This document shows positions 1-8,604 of a stretch of 64,000 nt of DNA, piece after piece. Position 1 is the first letter of the stretch; each line of letters starts with the position of its first letter. The position numbers and the translations under genes are program-made. The notes under the pieces were generated by a model, which made no database searches, was not told the origin of the DNA, and worked only from the letters and a program-made list of their open reading frames with translations. The stretch spans positions 2,340 to 66,339 of the forward strand of contig CAWBUI010000005.1 in the NCBI GenBank assembly GCA_963791875.1, given 5' to 3'. The stretch comes from an uncultured Acidobacteriaceae bacterium (GTDB lineage Bacteria; Acidobacteriota; Terriglobia; Terriglobales; Acidobacteriaceae).

Positions 1-70
1 CGCCCACACGCAAAAGCCTCGCAAACAGCCCCGCCTGCCTTAACATAGATCGAACGCCCAAAAGGACTCC

Positions 71-2030
71 ATGGCAAGCGCACCCTCCACTCCCGTCCCC
101 TCCCGCACAGCCTCTCCCCAATCCGCGCCAGACCGCCTCTTCGCCGGCGCCCGCGTCCTCGGCGACGGCGCCATGGGCACCATGCTCTACGCCCGCGGCA
201 TCTTCATCAACCGCTGCTACGACGAGCTCAACCTCTCCCAGCCCGAGATCATCGCCGCCATCCACACCGAATACCTCCAGGCCGGCGCCGAGATCATCGA
301 AACCAACACCTTCGGCGCCAACTCCTTCCGCCTCGAGCGCTTCGGCCTCCGCGACAAGGTCCGCGACATCAACCTCGCCGGCATCCGCATCGCCCGCCAG
401 TGCGTCGACCAGATGCGCGAAAAGCAGGCCTCCGACGCCTTCGTCGCCGGAGCCATCGGCCCCCTCGGCGTCCGCCTCGAACCCCTCGGCAAAGTCGGCC
501 TCGACGAGGCCCGCGCCGCCTTCGCCGAACAGATCGCCGCCCTCGCCGAAGGCGGTCCCGGCGTCGGCGCCGACCTCCTCATCGTCGAAACCATGACCTC
601 CCTCGCCGAGGCCTCGCAGGCCGTCCTCGCCGCCCAGCAGGTCGCCCCCACCCTGCGCGTCCTCGTCATGATGACCGTCGACGAAGAAGGCAACTGCCTC
701 GACGGAGCCTCCGCCGAAGCCGCCGCCGCCCGCCTCACCGAACTCGGCGCCGACGCCGTCGGCTGCAACTGCTCCGCCGGTCCCGCCACCGTCCTCTCCG
801 TCATCGAGCGCATGCGCAAGGTCACCGACCTCCCGCTCGCCGCCATGCCCAACGCCGGCATGCCCCGCGAGGTCGAAGGCCGCAACATCTACATGGCCTC
901 GCCCGAGTACATGGCCAGCTTCGCCCGCAAGTTCCTCCAGGCCGGCGCCACCTTCCTCGGCGGCTGCTGCGGCACCACGCCCAGCCCACATCCGCGCCAT
1001 GCGCTCCGCCGTCCGCGCCATCGAAGCGCAGGACGCCCCAACGCCGGCACCGCCCAAGCCGACCCCGAAGCCGCCGTGGACTTCGCGCCCGCTCCACCGT
1101 CCCAGGCCGCTCACCAGCAAAGTAGCTCCGCCGCCCCTCGCCGAGCGCTCCCGCATCGGCGCCATGATCGCCCGCGGCGAGTTCGTCACCCTCGTCGAAA
1201 TCGTCCCCCCCAAGGGCATCGACTGCTCCAAAGGAGATCGAAGGCGCCGCCTACCTCCACAAGCTCGGCGTCCACGCCATCAACGTCCCCGACTCCCCCC
1301 GCGCCTCCGCCCGCATGTCCGCCCAGAGCCTCTGCGTGCAGATCCAGCAGCACGTCGGCATCGAGACCGTCCTGCACTACACCTGCCGCGACCGCAACGT
1401 CCTCTCCATCCAGTCCGACCTCATCGGCGCCTCCTCCATCGGCCTCAAAAACATCCTCTGCCTCACCGGCGACCCGCCCAAGCTCGGCAACTACCCCGAC
1501 GCCACCGCCGTCTTCGACGTCGACGCCATCGGCCTCACCAACCTCGTCCGCAAGCTCAACCACGGCCTCGATATCGGCGACAACTCCATCGGCGCCTCCA
1601 CCGGCTTCACCATCTGCGTCGCCGCCAACCCCGGCGTGCCCGACATCGACCACGAGGTCCGCCGCTTCGCCTACAAGGTCGAGGCCGGCGCCGAGTACGC
1701 CATCACCCAGCCCGTCTTCGACATGCGCCTCCTCGAAGAACTTCCTCAAGCGCATCGAAGCAGTTCCGCATCCCCGTCATCGCCGGCATCTGGCCGCTCA
1801 CCAGCCTCCGCAACGCCGAGTTCATGAAGACCGACCTCCGCGTCTCCATGCCCGACGAGATCCTCGCCCGCATGGCCACCGCCTCCATCACCCCCGAGAC
1901 CGCCCGCGCCGAAGGCGTCCGCATCGCGCAGGAGATGCTCGCCGAAGCCCGCCCCATGGTGCAGGGCGTCCAGGTCTCCGCCCCGTTCGGCAAATACATC
2001 GCCGCCGCCCAGGTGCTCGGCCTCGTGTAG
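71..2030 (+). CDS. yitJ: Bifunctional homocysteine S-methyltransferase / 5,10-methylenetetrahydrofolate reductase (four +1 frameshifts, likely sequencing errors)
   Basis: N-terminal DGAMGT, ETNTFGAN, GCNC and GGCCGTTP motifs; MTHFR motifs VEIVPPKG, LHYTCRDRN, LTGDPP, AITQPVFD, PVIAGIWPL are spread over ORFs 71, 999 and 1315. Removing extra bases at ~986, ~1231, ~1739 and ~1758 restores one frame. Confidence 0.92.
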
Positions 2031-2060
2031 CAACGCCGCTCGCGGTCAAAGACAAATCTC

Positions 2061-2089
2061 TGGACAGCTCTCGGGACGAAGGGTACCCT
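2061..2089 (+). promoter_or_regulatory. Putative sigma70 promoter for the 2200 gene
   Basis: TGGACA-N17-TACCCT, ~110 nt upstream of ATG 2200. Confidence 0.45.
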
Positions 2090-2199
2090 TCCCTCATCCC
2101 CGTGTCCCTTCTTCGCCCGTCGCCGGCAGCACCTTGCCCGCAACGGGGGATTCCCTCCAAAGGGCTTTCCCGGTATCACAGCAAATAAGGGTTCCCGCC

Positions 2200-3216
2200 A
2201 TGATCTGCTCCAGAATTGCACCCGTGCTCCTGCTCGCCGCCTCCGGCCTCTCCCTCTCTGCGCAGACAGTCACCGGCTCAGGATCCGCGAACACCGTACC
2301 CCTCTTCTCCGGCAGCTCTACCCTCACCAACTCCGCAATCACCCAGAGCAACGGCCAGGTCGGCATCAACAATCCATCACCCACCGCGTCGCTCGACGTG
2401 CTCGGCACCTCCCGCTTCCACGGCGGCATCACCACCTTCGGCAGCGGCGTCCAGCTCAGCCTCGGCGAAGCCTACCTCCTGGCCAGCAGTCCCGCCGGCA
2501 GCAACGCCGGTATCACCGTCGACCGCGGCGCAACCACCAGCTTCAGCTCCATCGACCTCCTCACCGGCTCTAACATCTTCACCGGCTGGTCCTTCCAGAT
2601 GCAGCCCAACTCAACCGAGCTCGACATCGTCGACCGCGCGACCCAGGGCCAGCCCAACCTCATGATCTTTCGGCCCTCCTACGCCGAGGTCAACGGCAAC
2701 CTCACCGCCGACGGCTCCTTCACCGTCAAAGGCCAGGGCGGCATCACCTTCTCCGACGGCACCGTCCAGGCCACCGCCTTCACCGGCGTCGTCTGCGGCG
2801 GCGACTACGCCGAATCCGTCGACGTCACCGGCGACCGCACCCGCTACGAGCCCGGCGACCTCCTCGTCATCGACCCCTCCGCCGAAGGCAAGTTCCTCAA
2901 ATCTGCCGAGCCCTACTCCACGGCCGTCACCGGAATCTACTCCACCCGCCCCGGAATCACCGGCCGTCGCCAGCTCACCGACCGCGCCAACCTCCCCAAC
3001 GAGGTTCCGATGGCCATGACCGGCATCGTCCCCACCAAAGTCTCCGCCGAAAACGGCCCCATACACCCCGGCGACCTCCTCGTCACCTCCTCCCGCCTCG
3101 GCTACGCCATGAAGGGCACAGACCGCTCCCGCATGCTCGGTGCCGTCATCGGCAAATCCCTGGGCCACCTCGACGCCGGCACCGGCACCATCGAAGTAGT
3201 CGTCACCCTCCAGTAA
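2200..3216 (+). CDS. Secreted tail-fibre/adhesin-like protein with C-terminal Peptidase_G2-like (intramolecular chaperone) domain
   Basis: Sec signal (MICSRIAPVLLLAASGLSLSA|Q); GQVGINNPSPTASLDV fibre-type motif; GITFSDGTVQ; C-terminal GGDYAE...PGDLLVID...GIVPTKV...GPIHPGDLLVTS...AVIGKSL. Confidence 0.6.
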   Translation: MICSRIAPVLLLAASGLSLSAQTVTGSGSANTVPLFSGSSTLTNSAITQSNGQVGINNPSPTASLDVLGTSRFHGGITTFGSGVQLSLGEAYLLASSPAGSNAGITVDRGATTSFSSIDLLTGSNIFTGWSFQMQPNSTELDIVDRATQGQPNLMIFRPSYAEVNGNLTADGSFTVKGQGGITFSDGTVQATAFTGVVCGGDYAESVDVTGDRTRYEPGDLLVIDPSAEGKFLKSAEPYSTAVTGIYSTRPGITGRRQLTDRANLPNEVPMAMTGIVPTKVSAENGPIHPGDLLVTSSRLGYAMKGTDRSRMLGAVIGKSLGHLDAGTGTIEVVVTLQ

Positions 3217-3272
3217 AGCCGCTAGGCCGCCCCGCCCCCAACCCCACCCCAACCCCAACCCGCGACCAAACC

Positions 3273-3340
3273 GGGTGCCCCATCCTAACCGACAGCTCCA
3301 CCGTCGGTTAGGGTGGGTATCGTTTGCGGAAGCAAACGAC
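3273..3340 (+). repeat. REP-like palindromic element (GGGTGCCCC-headed) with two hairpins
   Basis: CCCATCCTAACCGAC-9nt-GTCGGTTAGGGTGGG stem (15 bp, one G-U) followed by TCGTTTGC-GGAA-GCAAACGA. Confidence 0.7.
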
Positions 3341-3513
3341 CCCCTCACTCCCTCCACCCCGGCATTCCGCACCCACTCACCCACGCAACCTACTCCCACA
3401 AACGTTCTGTCAAGCCCCCCAAAAGTTCAACCACCTCATTCCAAATGGCTTACACACCAGCAAGAACGTCAATGAGTTATCCCCAATCCCGTATACTGGA
3501 AATAGATCACCTC

Positions 3514-3543
3514 AGAAGGCCCGGCCCACCAGCCGGGCCTTCT
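3514..3543. terminator. Perfect 12-bp hairpin, terminator-like
   Basis: AGAAGGCCCGGC-CCACCA-GCCGGGCCTTCT; weak U-tract. Confidence 0.5.
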
Positions 3544-3619
3544 CCCATTAACCCGGACCCACGCCCGGCAACTCCTTTAGACGAAGTACTTTAGGACTTA
3601 AGTACAGGGGGACCCCACC

Positions 3620-4447
3620 ATGGACTACGAGCTTCCCGAACCGCAGGCGCCCGACCCGAAGCGCCGCTTCCTCTGTCGCCACGTCTTCTCCGAAGGCCGG
3701 CGCTGCGGCTCCCCCGCCCTCCGCGGCCACCATCTCTGCTTCTACCACCACTCCTCCCGCCAGCAGCCCCCCATCGCGAACGGCCGCACCCGCGAGAGCG
3801 CCGTCTTCCAGATGCCGCCGATAGACGACCGCGCCGGCGTCCAGCTAGCCCTCTACCAAGTCCTCGCCCGGATCGCCGGAGCCGAACTGGACCCCAAACG
3901 AGCCGGCCTCCTCCTCTATGGCCTCCAGATCGCCTCCGCCAACCTCCCCCGCCACCCCAAAGCGGCCCCGGCGGATCTCTCCCAACCCGCCGAACCCCTG
4001 GTCGAACACGTAACGCACCACCTCTACCTCGGCGCGCTGGCCCCCGTCCAGGAACTCCCGGAGGACCCCGCCAAAGAAGCCCTGCCGGAGCAGCAGCCAC
4101 CCCCCACATACCCCCGCCGCGATCTAAACGATTGTCATCCTGAGCAAAGCGAAGGACCTGCTTCCCCAACCCCGACCCCGCAGCCAGCCCCACCAAACCA
4201 CTCTCACCGCTCCCCGCTGAACCATACCCAGCGATCCCCGCTGAACCATACCCAGCACCGCAATGTAAACGATTGTCATCCTGAGCAAAGCGAAGGACCC
4301 GCTTCCCCAACCCCGAGACCAACCCTCCCACCCACCTGGCCCGCATCCTTCCGCGCCACCGACCGGCCGCCTTCATCTCCAACCCACCTCTACCCCATAC
4401 CCGGCATGCCCACCCTGGGATGCCGCCTCGCAGACGCATCCCCCTAA
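3620..4447 (+). CDS. Hypothetical protein with N-terminal CCCH-type Zn-finger, helical domain and repeat-derived Pro-rich tail
   Basis: CRHVFSEGRRCGSPALRGHHLCFYHH then DDRAGVQLALYQVLARIAGAELDPKRAGLLLYGLQIASANL; C-ending codon bias as in neighbouring genes; GGGGGA SD. Confidence 0.75.
   Translation: MDYELPEPQAPDPKRRFLCRHVFSEGRRCGSPALRGHHLCFYHHSSRQQPPIANGRTRESAVFQMPPIDDRAGVQLALYQVLARIAGAELDPKRAGLLLYGLQIASANLPRHPKAAPADLSQPAEPLVEHVTHHLYLGALAPVQELPEDPAKEALPEQQPPPTYPRRDLNDCHPEQSEGPASPTPTPQPAPPNHSHRSPLNHTQRSPLNHTQHRNVNDCHPEQSEGPASPTPRPTLPPTWPASFRATDRPPSSPTHLYPIPGMPTLGCRLADASP
4125..4316 (+). repeat. Two 51-bp direct repeats with GTCATCCTGAGC..GCGAAGGA REP core, flanking a 24-bp tandem repeat, all in frame
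   Basis: Copies 4125-4175 and 4266-4316 differ by one base (both NDCHPEQSEGPASPTP); tandem TCCCCGCTGAACCATACCCAGC at 4211 and 4235. Confidence 0.9.
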
Positions 4448-5421
4448 TACAGCGACGGTTCCCCTGCCGGCCGCGTCTTCCACCGCCGATGCATCCACAA
4501 CCACTGCGTCGGATACCGCCGGATCGCGTCCTCCAGCACCGCCGTGAACCGCGCCGTGTTATCCACCGCATCGGCCTCCGCATCGCCTGTGTCAGCAAGC
4601 GCAAGCTCCGGCCCGAAGTGCAACACATACTGACCCTCGGCCTCTTCCCAGGCCAGGAATCCCGGCACCACCGCCGCACCCGTCTTCAGCGCCACCCGGG
4701 CCAGCCCCGAAGCAGTGCAAGCCTCCACCCCGAAAAACGGCACAAACACTCCCTGCGGAGGAGTCATGTTCGTATCCATCAAAATCCCCACCGTCTCCCC
4801 CGCACGCATCGCCCCGATCAGCCCGCGCGCGAAGTCGTCCTTGTGCAGCACGCGGTTCCCATGCGCGCACCGGATCCGGTTCACCATCGCATCCACCAGC
4901 GGATTGTCCAGCCGCCGGATCACCATCCCCATCGGGTAGCCCGCCAGCGAGTGATAGAAGCTCGAAAGCTCCCACGCGCCCAGGTGCCCCGTCAGCACCA
5001 GCACGCCACGGCCGCGCCCTCGCGCCGTCAGATAATGCTCCAACCCCTCGTACCGGATGAACCGCCCGGCAAACTCCCGGCTGTAGCGGGGCATCTGGCA
5101 GAACTCCGCAAGCAGCCACCCGAGGTGCCGATATTCAAGCCGTAACATGCGCTCACGCTCGGCGACCGGCAGCGCAGGAAACGCCAGCTCCAGGTTCCGC
5201 AGCCCCACCCGCCGCAGCCGCGAGAACGCCACGTAAGCAAGTCTCCCGATCCCCGCGCCCAGCGCACGGGCAAGCCGCCGCGGCAGCCATCGCAGCGTCT
5301 GGATGAACAGCCAGGCCGCCGCAAACTCAGCACGATGGCGCAGTGTAGGCCCGGTGGAAGCCTGTGAGTCGGATTGCAGAGCGCGCGCCAAGTCAGTTAA
5401 GTGTAACGAAAGAAGCAGCAC
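4444..5421 (-). CDS. lpxL: Lipid A biosynthesis lauroyl/lysophospholipid acyltransferase (start uncertain, possibly TTG 5391)
   Basis: LTGHLGAWE (HxxxxE), VFVPFFG, YPTQWLWMHRRWKTRP. Confidence 0.88.
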   Translation of the reverse strand: MLLLSLHLTDLARALQSDSQASTGPTLRHRAEFAAAWLFIQTLRWLPRRLARALGAGIGRLAYVAFSRLRRVGLRNLELAFPALPVAERERMLRLEYRHLGWLLAEFCQMPRYSREFAGRFIRYEGLEHYLTARGRGRGVLVLTGHLGAWELSSFYHSLAGYPMGMVIRRLDNPLVDAMVNRIRCAHGNRVLHKDDFARGLIGAMRAGETVGILMDTNMTPPQGVFVPFFGVEACTASGLARVALKTGAAVVPGFLAWEEAEGQYVLHFGPELALADTGDAEADAVDNTARFTAVLEDAIRRYPTQWLWMHRRWKTRPAGEPSLY

Positions 5422-5487
5422 CGCCCACCGCAGTGCCGCTTCGCCGTCTGCGTCGGTTAGACGGTTTGCGTCACGGGAAGTGGGCGC

Positions 5488-5524
5488 AAAAAACCGCCAG
5501 CCTCAGTGTTCCGAGGCTGGCGGT
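5488..5524 (-). terminator. Rho-independent terminator of the SYLF gene
   Basis: ACCGCCAGCCTC/GAGGCTGGCGGT 12-bp stem followed by U6 on the minus strand, 24 nt after the stop. Confidence 0.85.
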
Positions 5525-5547
5525 CTGGAGATCGTGGGCGAAGTGAG

Positions 5548-6246
5548 TTACTTGCTGGCCTTGGAGTTCACGAAGTAGCGCGCTACGGTGCGAACGAACG
5601 CCTTCGCATTTTCCGGAACGGGACGCTTGCCACCCAGAACGGTGTCGAACGGGAGATCGCTGCCGTACTCCGTGCGCGTGTCATCGGCATTCTGCGAGAG
5701 GACAGTGCCGTCAAGGTCGAGACCGGCAAACAGTCCCTTCGAACGCGAGTAGGTAAGAAACTCGGCATTGAGCTTCCAGTCCGTTCCCGCCTGTGCGTTG
5801 CGGCCCACGGGACCGGCAGAAGCAGCAGCATCTGCACCCAGCTTGACCTTGGCCTTCAGCATGTCCTGCAGGCCGTTCTGGTTCATCGCGATCAGTACCA
5901 GATCGGTAGATTGACCGCCAATCTGCCAACCGAAGCTTCCGCCTTCAAGCTTCACAAATACCGGAGCGCTCCAGCCGTTCGGTGTGCGGCACGTCGCCGC
6001 GCCCTGACCATACTGCGCGCCAACCACAAAGGCGCCCTTTTTGTACGCGGGGATTACGACCACGCACGACGCGCCGGAAAGGATCGCCGAAGGAATGCCC
6101 TTGTCGGGAGTCGCCATAATCTCGTTGACGACAGCCTGCGCGCTTACGAGTCGCTCGTCCAGCTTTGCCTTATCAGAGGCTGCAAATCCAGGTAGAGTCG
6201 ACGCCAACAGGCCGACTCCGCACATAATCGAAGAAAAAAGCTTCAT
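5548..6246 (-). CDS. Secreted lipid-binding SYLF/YSC84-domain protein
   Basis: Signal peptide; KKGAFVVGAQYGQG, WSAPVF, GGSFGWQIGGQSTDLVL, YSRSKGLFAG. Confidence 0.92.
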   Translation of the reverse strand: MKLFSSIMCGVGLLASTLPGFAASDKAKLDERLVSAQAVVNEIMATPDKGIPSAILSGASCVVVIPAYKKGAFVVGAQYGQGAATCRTPNGWSAPVFVKLEGGSFGWQIGGQSTDLVLIAMNQNGLQDMLKAKVKLGADAAASAGPVGRNAQAGTDWKLNAEFLTYSRSKGLFAGLDLDGTVLSQNADDTRTEYGSDLPFDTVLGGKRPVPENAKAFVRTVARYFVNSKASK

Positions 6247-6411
6247 GTTTAAAACCTTTCGTGGACAGGAATCCAACGGGAACTCGGGACCAACCCCAGT
6301 TATGACCGGCAAGAATGCCGTGTCCAGTCATTCGATGGACAGGACACCGTGGGAGTTGCACGAGAGGTCAGCAAGCTTGGAGCCGCCACCCAGAGGTTAC
6401 GACCGGAACAC

Positions 6412-6542
6412 AAAAAATAAGGGGCTTCAAGAACCGAGCGGCGCGAACCGCCCAACCTTGCCGCCCCTCTCCCAGGTCTGTGTTGCCTCATGATCATGTT
6501 CCTTCTCGGAGGTCACAACAACGGTACGGAGGTTGTTGCACT
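6412..6542 (-). ncRNA. Candidate small RNA with CCUCC motifs and long terminator hairpin
   Basis: 5' hairpin CAACAAC/GUUGUUG with CCUCC at the stem/loop junction, second CCUCC at 6508-6512, 3' 49-nt bulged hairpin 6420-6468 followed by UAUUUUUU. Confidence 0.45.
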
Positions 6543-6586
6543 TTAGTACCCGCCACGTTAACCAGGGGGTAAACATGCCAGCTACC

Positions 6587-7213
6587 TCAGTGGACCTGCG
6601 TGTAAGGGTGCACCGTGAGCGCAATCCGATTGCTCACGCCCACCTTTCTCATCAATCGTCCCACATGCGCCTTCACCGTGCTCTCGTTGATCCCCAGTGC
6701 ATCGGCGATCTCGCGGTTCGGTCGTCCGCCCCGCAACAATTTCAGCACCTCGCGTTCCCGGGTGGTGAATTCGGGGCGGGCTGCGCCTTCAGAGTTGGGC
6801 TGCTCACGGTCCAGCAGACGGGAAAGAACCTTGCGCGGCGCCCACACCGAACCATCCCGCACCGTGTCCATCGCCAGCCTCAGATCCGCCTCCGTGGCCG
6901 TGAACGCCAGGTACCCCTTCGCGCCGGCGCCGATTACACGCTGGATATGTTCGGGCGCCGTCTCCCGGCCGAGCACAATCAGGCGCAACTGGGGCCGAAG
7001 CTGTCGAAAGGTAGAAATCAGCTGGAATGGGTGGCCCGTGCACTCCGAATCAATCAACACCAGGGACAGGTGAGCGTCGTCGAGGACACCGGGCACAGAC
7101 AGCGGCACCACCTCGTACCGTGTCTCTTCAAGCAGGGTCTTCAGGCCAAGAACGCGCATGGGATCGGTCGCCACCACCCCCACGCGCTCACCGAGTTGCA
7201 CACTGTCATCCAT
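6587..7213 (-). CDS. NarL/LuxR-family regulator with degenerate receiver domain
   Basis: C-terminal FTTREREVLKLL..G..NREIADALGINESTVKAHV HTH; receiver lacks the acidic pair and conserved Lys (GAKGYLAF). Confidence 0.88.
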   Translation of the reverse strand: MDDSVQLGERVGVVATDPMRVLGLKTLLEETRYEVVPLSVPGVLDDAHLSLVLIDSECTGHPFQLISTFRQLRPQLRLIVLGRETAPEHIQRVIGAGAKGYLAFTATEADLRLAMDTVRDGSVWAPRKVLSRLLDREQPNSEGAARPEFTTREREVLKLLRGGRPNREIADALGINESTVKAHVGRLMRKVGVSNRIALTVHPYTQVH

Positions 7214-7303
7214 CGGCCTCTGGCCTCATTCAAACCTGTACGATCGCACCTACGGGCCCTGTGGATGAACAACGCGCCGCCTCTCAAACAGGAGGTTCAG
7301 GCC

Positions 7304-7858
7304 CTAGAGCTTCGGAAGCACAATGCCCTGCTGCTTCTGGTATTTGCCGCTGCGATCCGCGTAACTGACCTCGCACACCTCGTCGGACTGGAAGAACAGG
7401 ATCTGGCACAGCCCTTCATTCGCGTAGATCCGCGCCGGCAGGGGCGTCGTGTTCGATATCTCGAGGGTCACGAAGCCTTCCCACTCGGGCTCAAATGGGG
7501 TCACGTTGACGATGATCCCGCATCGCGCGTACGTGGATTTGCCAACGCAGATCGTCAACACGTCGCGCGGAATCTTGAAGTACTCGATGGACCGCGCCAA
7601 AGCGAACGAGTTCGGCGGAACGATCACGCTCGGCGCCTGCACGGACACAAACGAGCGCTCGTCGAACGCCTTTGGATCGATGATCGCCGAATTCACGTTC
7701 GTGAAGATCTTGAACTCGTCGGAGACCCGCAGGTCGTAACCGTAGGACGAAAGCCCATACGAGATCACACCCTCGCGTACCTGCTTCTCGCTGAACGGCG
7801 TAATCATCGCGTGTTCCATTGCCTGCTGGCGTATCCAGCGGTCGCTCTTAATGGCCAT
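7304..7858 (-). CDS. dcd: dCTP deaminase
   Basis: [39 protein letters not shown]. Confidence 0.97.
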   Translation of the reverse strand: MAIKSDRWIRQQAMEHAMITPFSEKQVREGVISYGLSSYGYDLRVSDEFKIFTNVNSAIIDPKAFDERSFVSVQAPSVIVPPNSFALARSIEYFKIPRDVLTICVGKSTYARCGIIVNVTPFEPEWEGFVTLEISNTTPLPARIYANEGLCQILFFQSDEVCEVSYADRSGKYQKQQGIVLPKL

Positions 7859-7977
7859 GCCTTGCGTTGTCCCCTAAGCGGCGCGCATGGGTCCTATGAT
7901 CTAGCCTCTGCGTGCACGCAGAAGCCCGCCCTCGCAGTTCACCGGATACCGTGAATCTTACGGCAGCGGAACTCGCG

Positions 7978-8006
7978 TTGACAATCGCTCCGGGAGTTCC
8001 TAACAT
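7978..8006 (+). promoter_or_regulatory. Sigma70 promoter of HU gene
   Basis: TTGACA-N17-TAACAT. Confidence 0.7.
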
Positions 8007-8071
8007 CACCGGAGAAGCCGAGCACATGTCGCGCGCAGCGACCTAACCCGTCAGTGAGAGGACGACCCAAA

Positions 8072-8380
8072 GTGATCAAGCAGGATCTAATTCAGCGGGT
8101 CGTTGAGCGGACGGGCCTGCCGCGCATCAAGGCGGAGGATGCAGTCGACGCCATCTTCGACAGCATGAAGAAGAGCCTCATCTCGGGCGACCGCATAGAA
8201 CTCCGCGGCTTCGGCGTCTTTACCGTAAAGCCGCGCAAGACGGGGATCGGACGCAACCCACGCACCGGGGCGGAAGTCAGCATCACGCCCGGCAAAGCGG
8301 TACGCTTCAAGCCTGGCAAAGACCTGCACCTGATGGACGGAGCCAAGGCGGAGACGACCGACTCCGAAGCGGCAGAGTAA
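8072..8380 (+). CDS. HU/IHF-family DNA-binding protein
   Basis: IELRGFGVF, GRNPRTG, VRFKPGK; GTG start after GAGAGGA SD. Confidence 0.95.
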   Translation: MIKQDLIQRVVERTGLPRIKAEDAVDAIFDSMKKSLISGDRIELRGFGVFTVKPRKTGIGRNPRTGAEVSITPGKAVRFKPGKDLHLMDGAKAETTDSEAAE

Positions 8381-8604
8381 TGTCCCGAAGAAGCCTCGCC
8401 CTTCTTCAAACTCAGGCAGACCGACACACGCGGCTCTGATTGCCGATGTGAGCGCACATTCTTAGTAGTGTGATCAATGCATCTCCAGGCCTCCGCAGTA
8501 TCCTTCACCACGTCGCGGAAACACCTCGCATCTGTCGGTAAGCGTCCCAAGCTCTGCGACATGGCTCGATAAAGGTACCTTGTAAGCTTGACGCGAGGCA
8601 TGGC

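Noticed and set aside
1-70. SAM riboswitch upstream of the methionine gene
   Set aside because: No recognisable SAM-I/II core in the 70 nt available.
71-2188. 705-aa ORF with a long Ser/Pro/Thr tail, or programmed frameshifting in yitJ
   Set aside because: The tail is out-of-frame translation. Four single-base insertions in short homopolymers restore a normal protein, and the same +1 pattern recurs at ~19230-19365, 22237, 35516 and 63525, pointing to long-read error.
4125-4316. Possible mini-CRISPR array
   Set aside because: Only two 51-bp copies with a 90-bp internally repetitive spacer, in frame within an ORF, and no cas genes.
6300-6497. 65-aa minus-strand ORF with an AAGGA SD
   Set aside because: It runs through the terminator hairpin and has no protein-like features; an RNA interpretation fits better.
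6533-7954. Long antisense ORFs (also 3591-4679, 17079-18821, 20716-21936, 39608-40921, 47783-49219)
   Set aside because: Shadow frames opposite well-supported genes in GC-rich DNA, with no motifs.
8446-8459. ATGTG-AGCG-CACAT palindrome upstream of the cox operon
   Set aside because: Single occurrence that matches neither FNR nor CRP spacing; it cannot be assigned.
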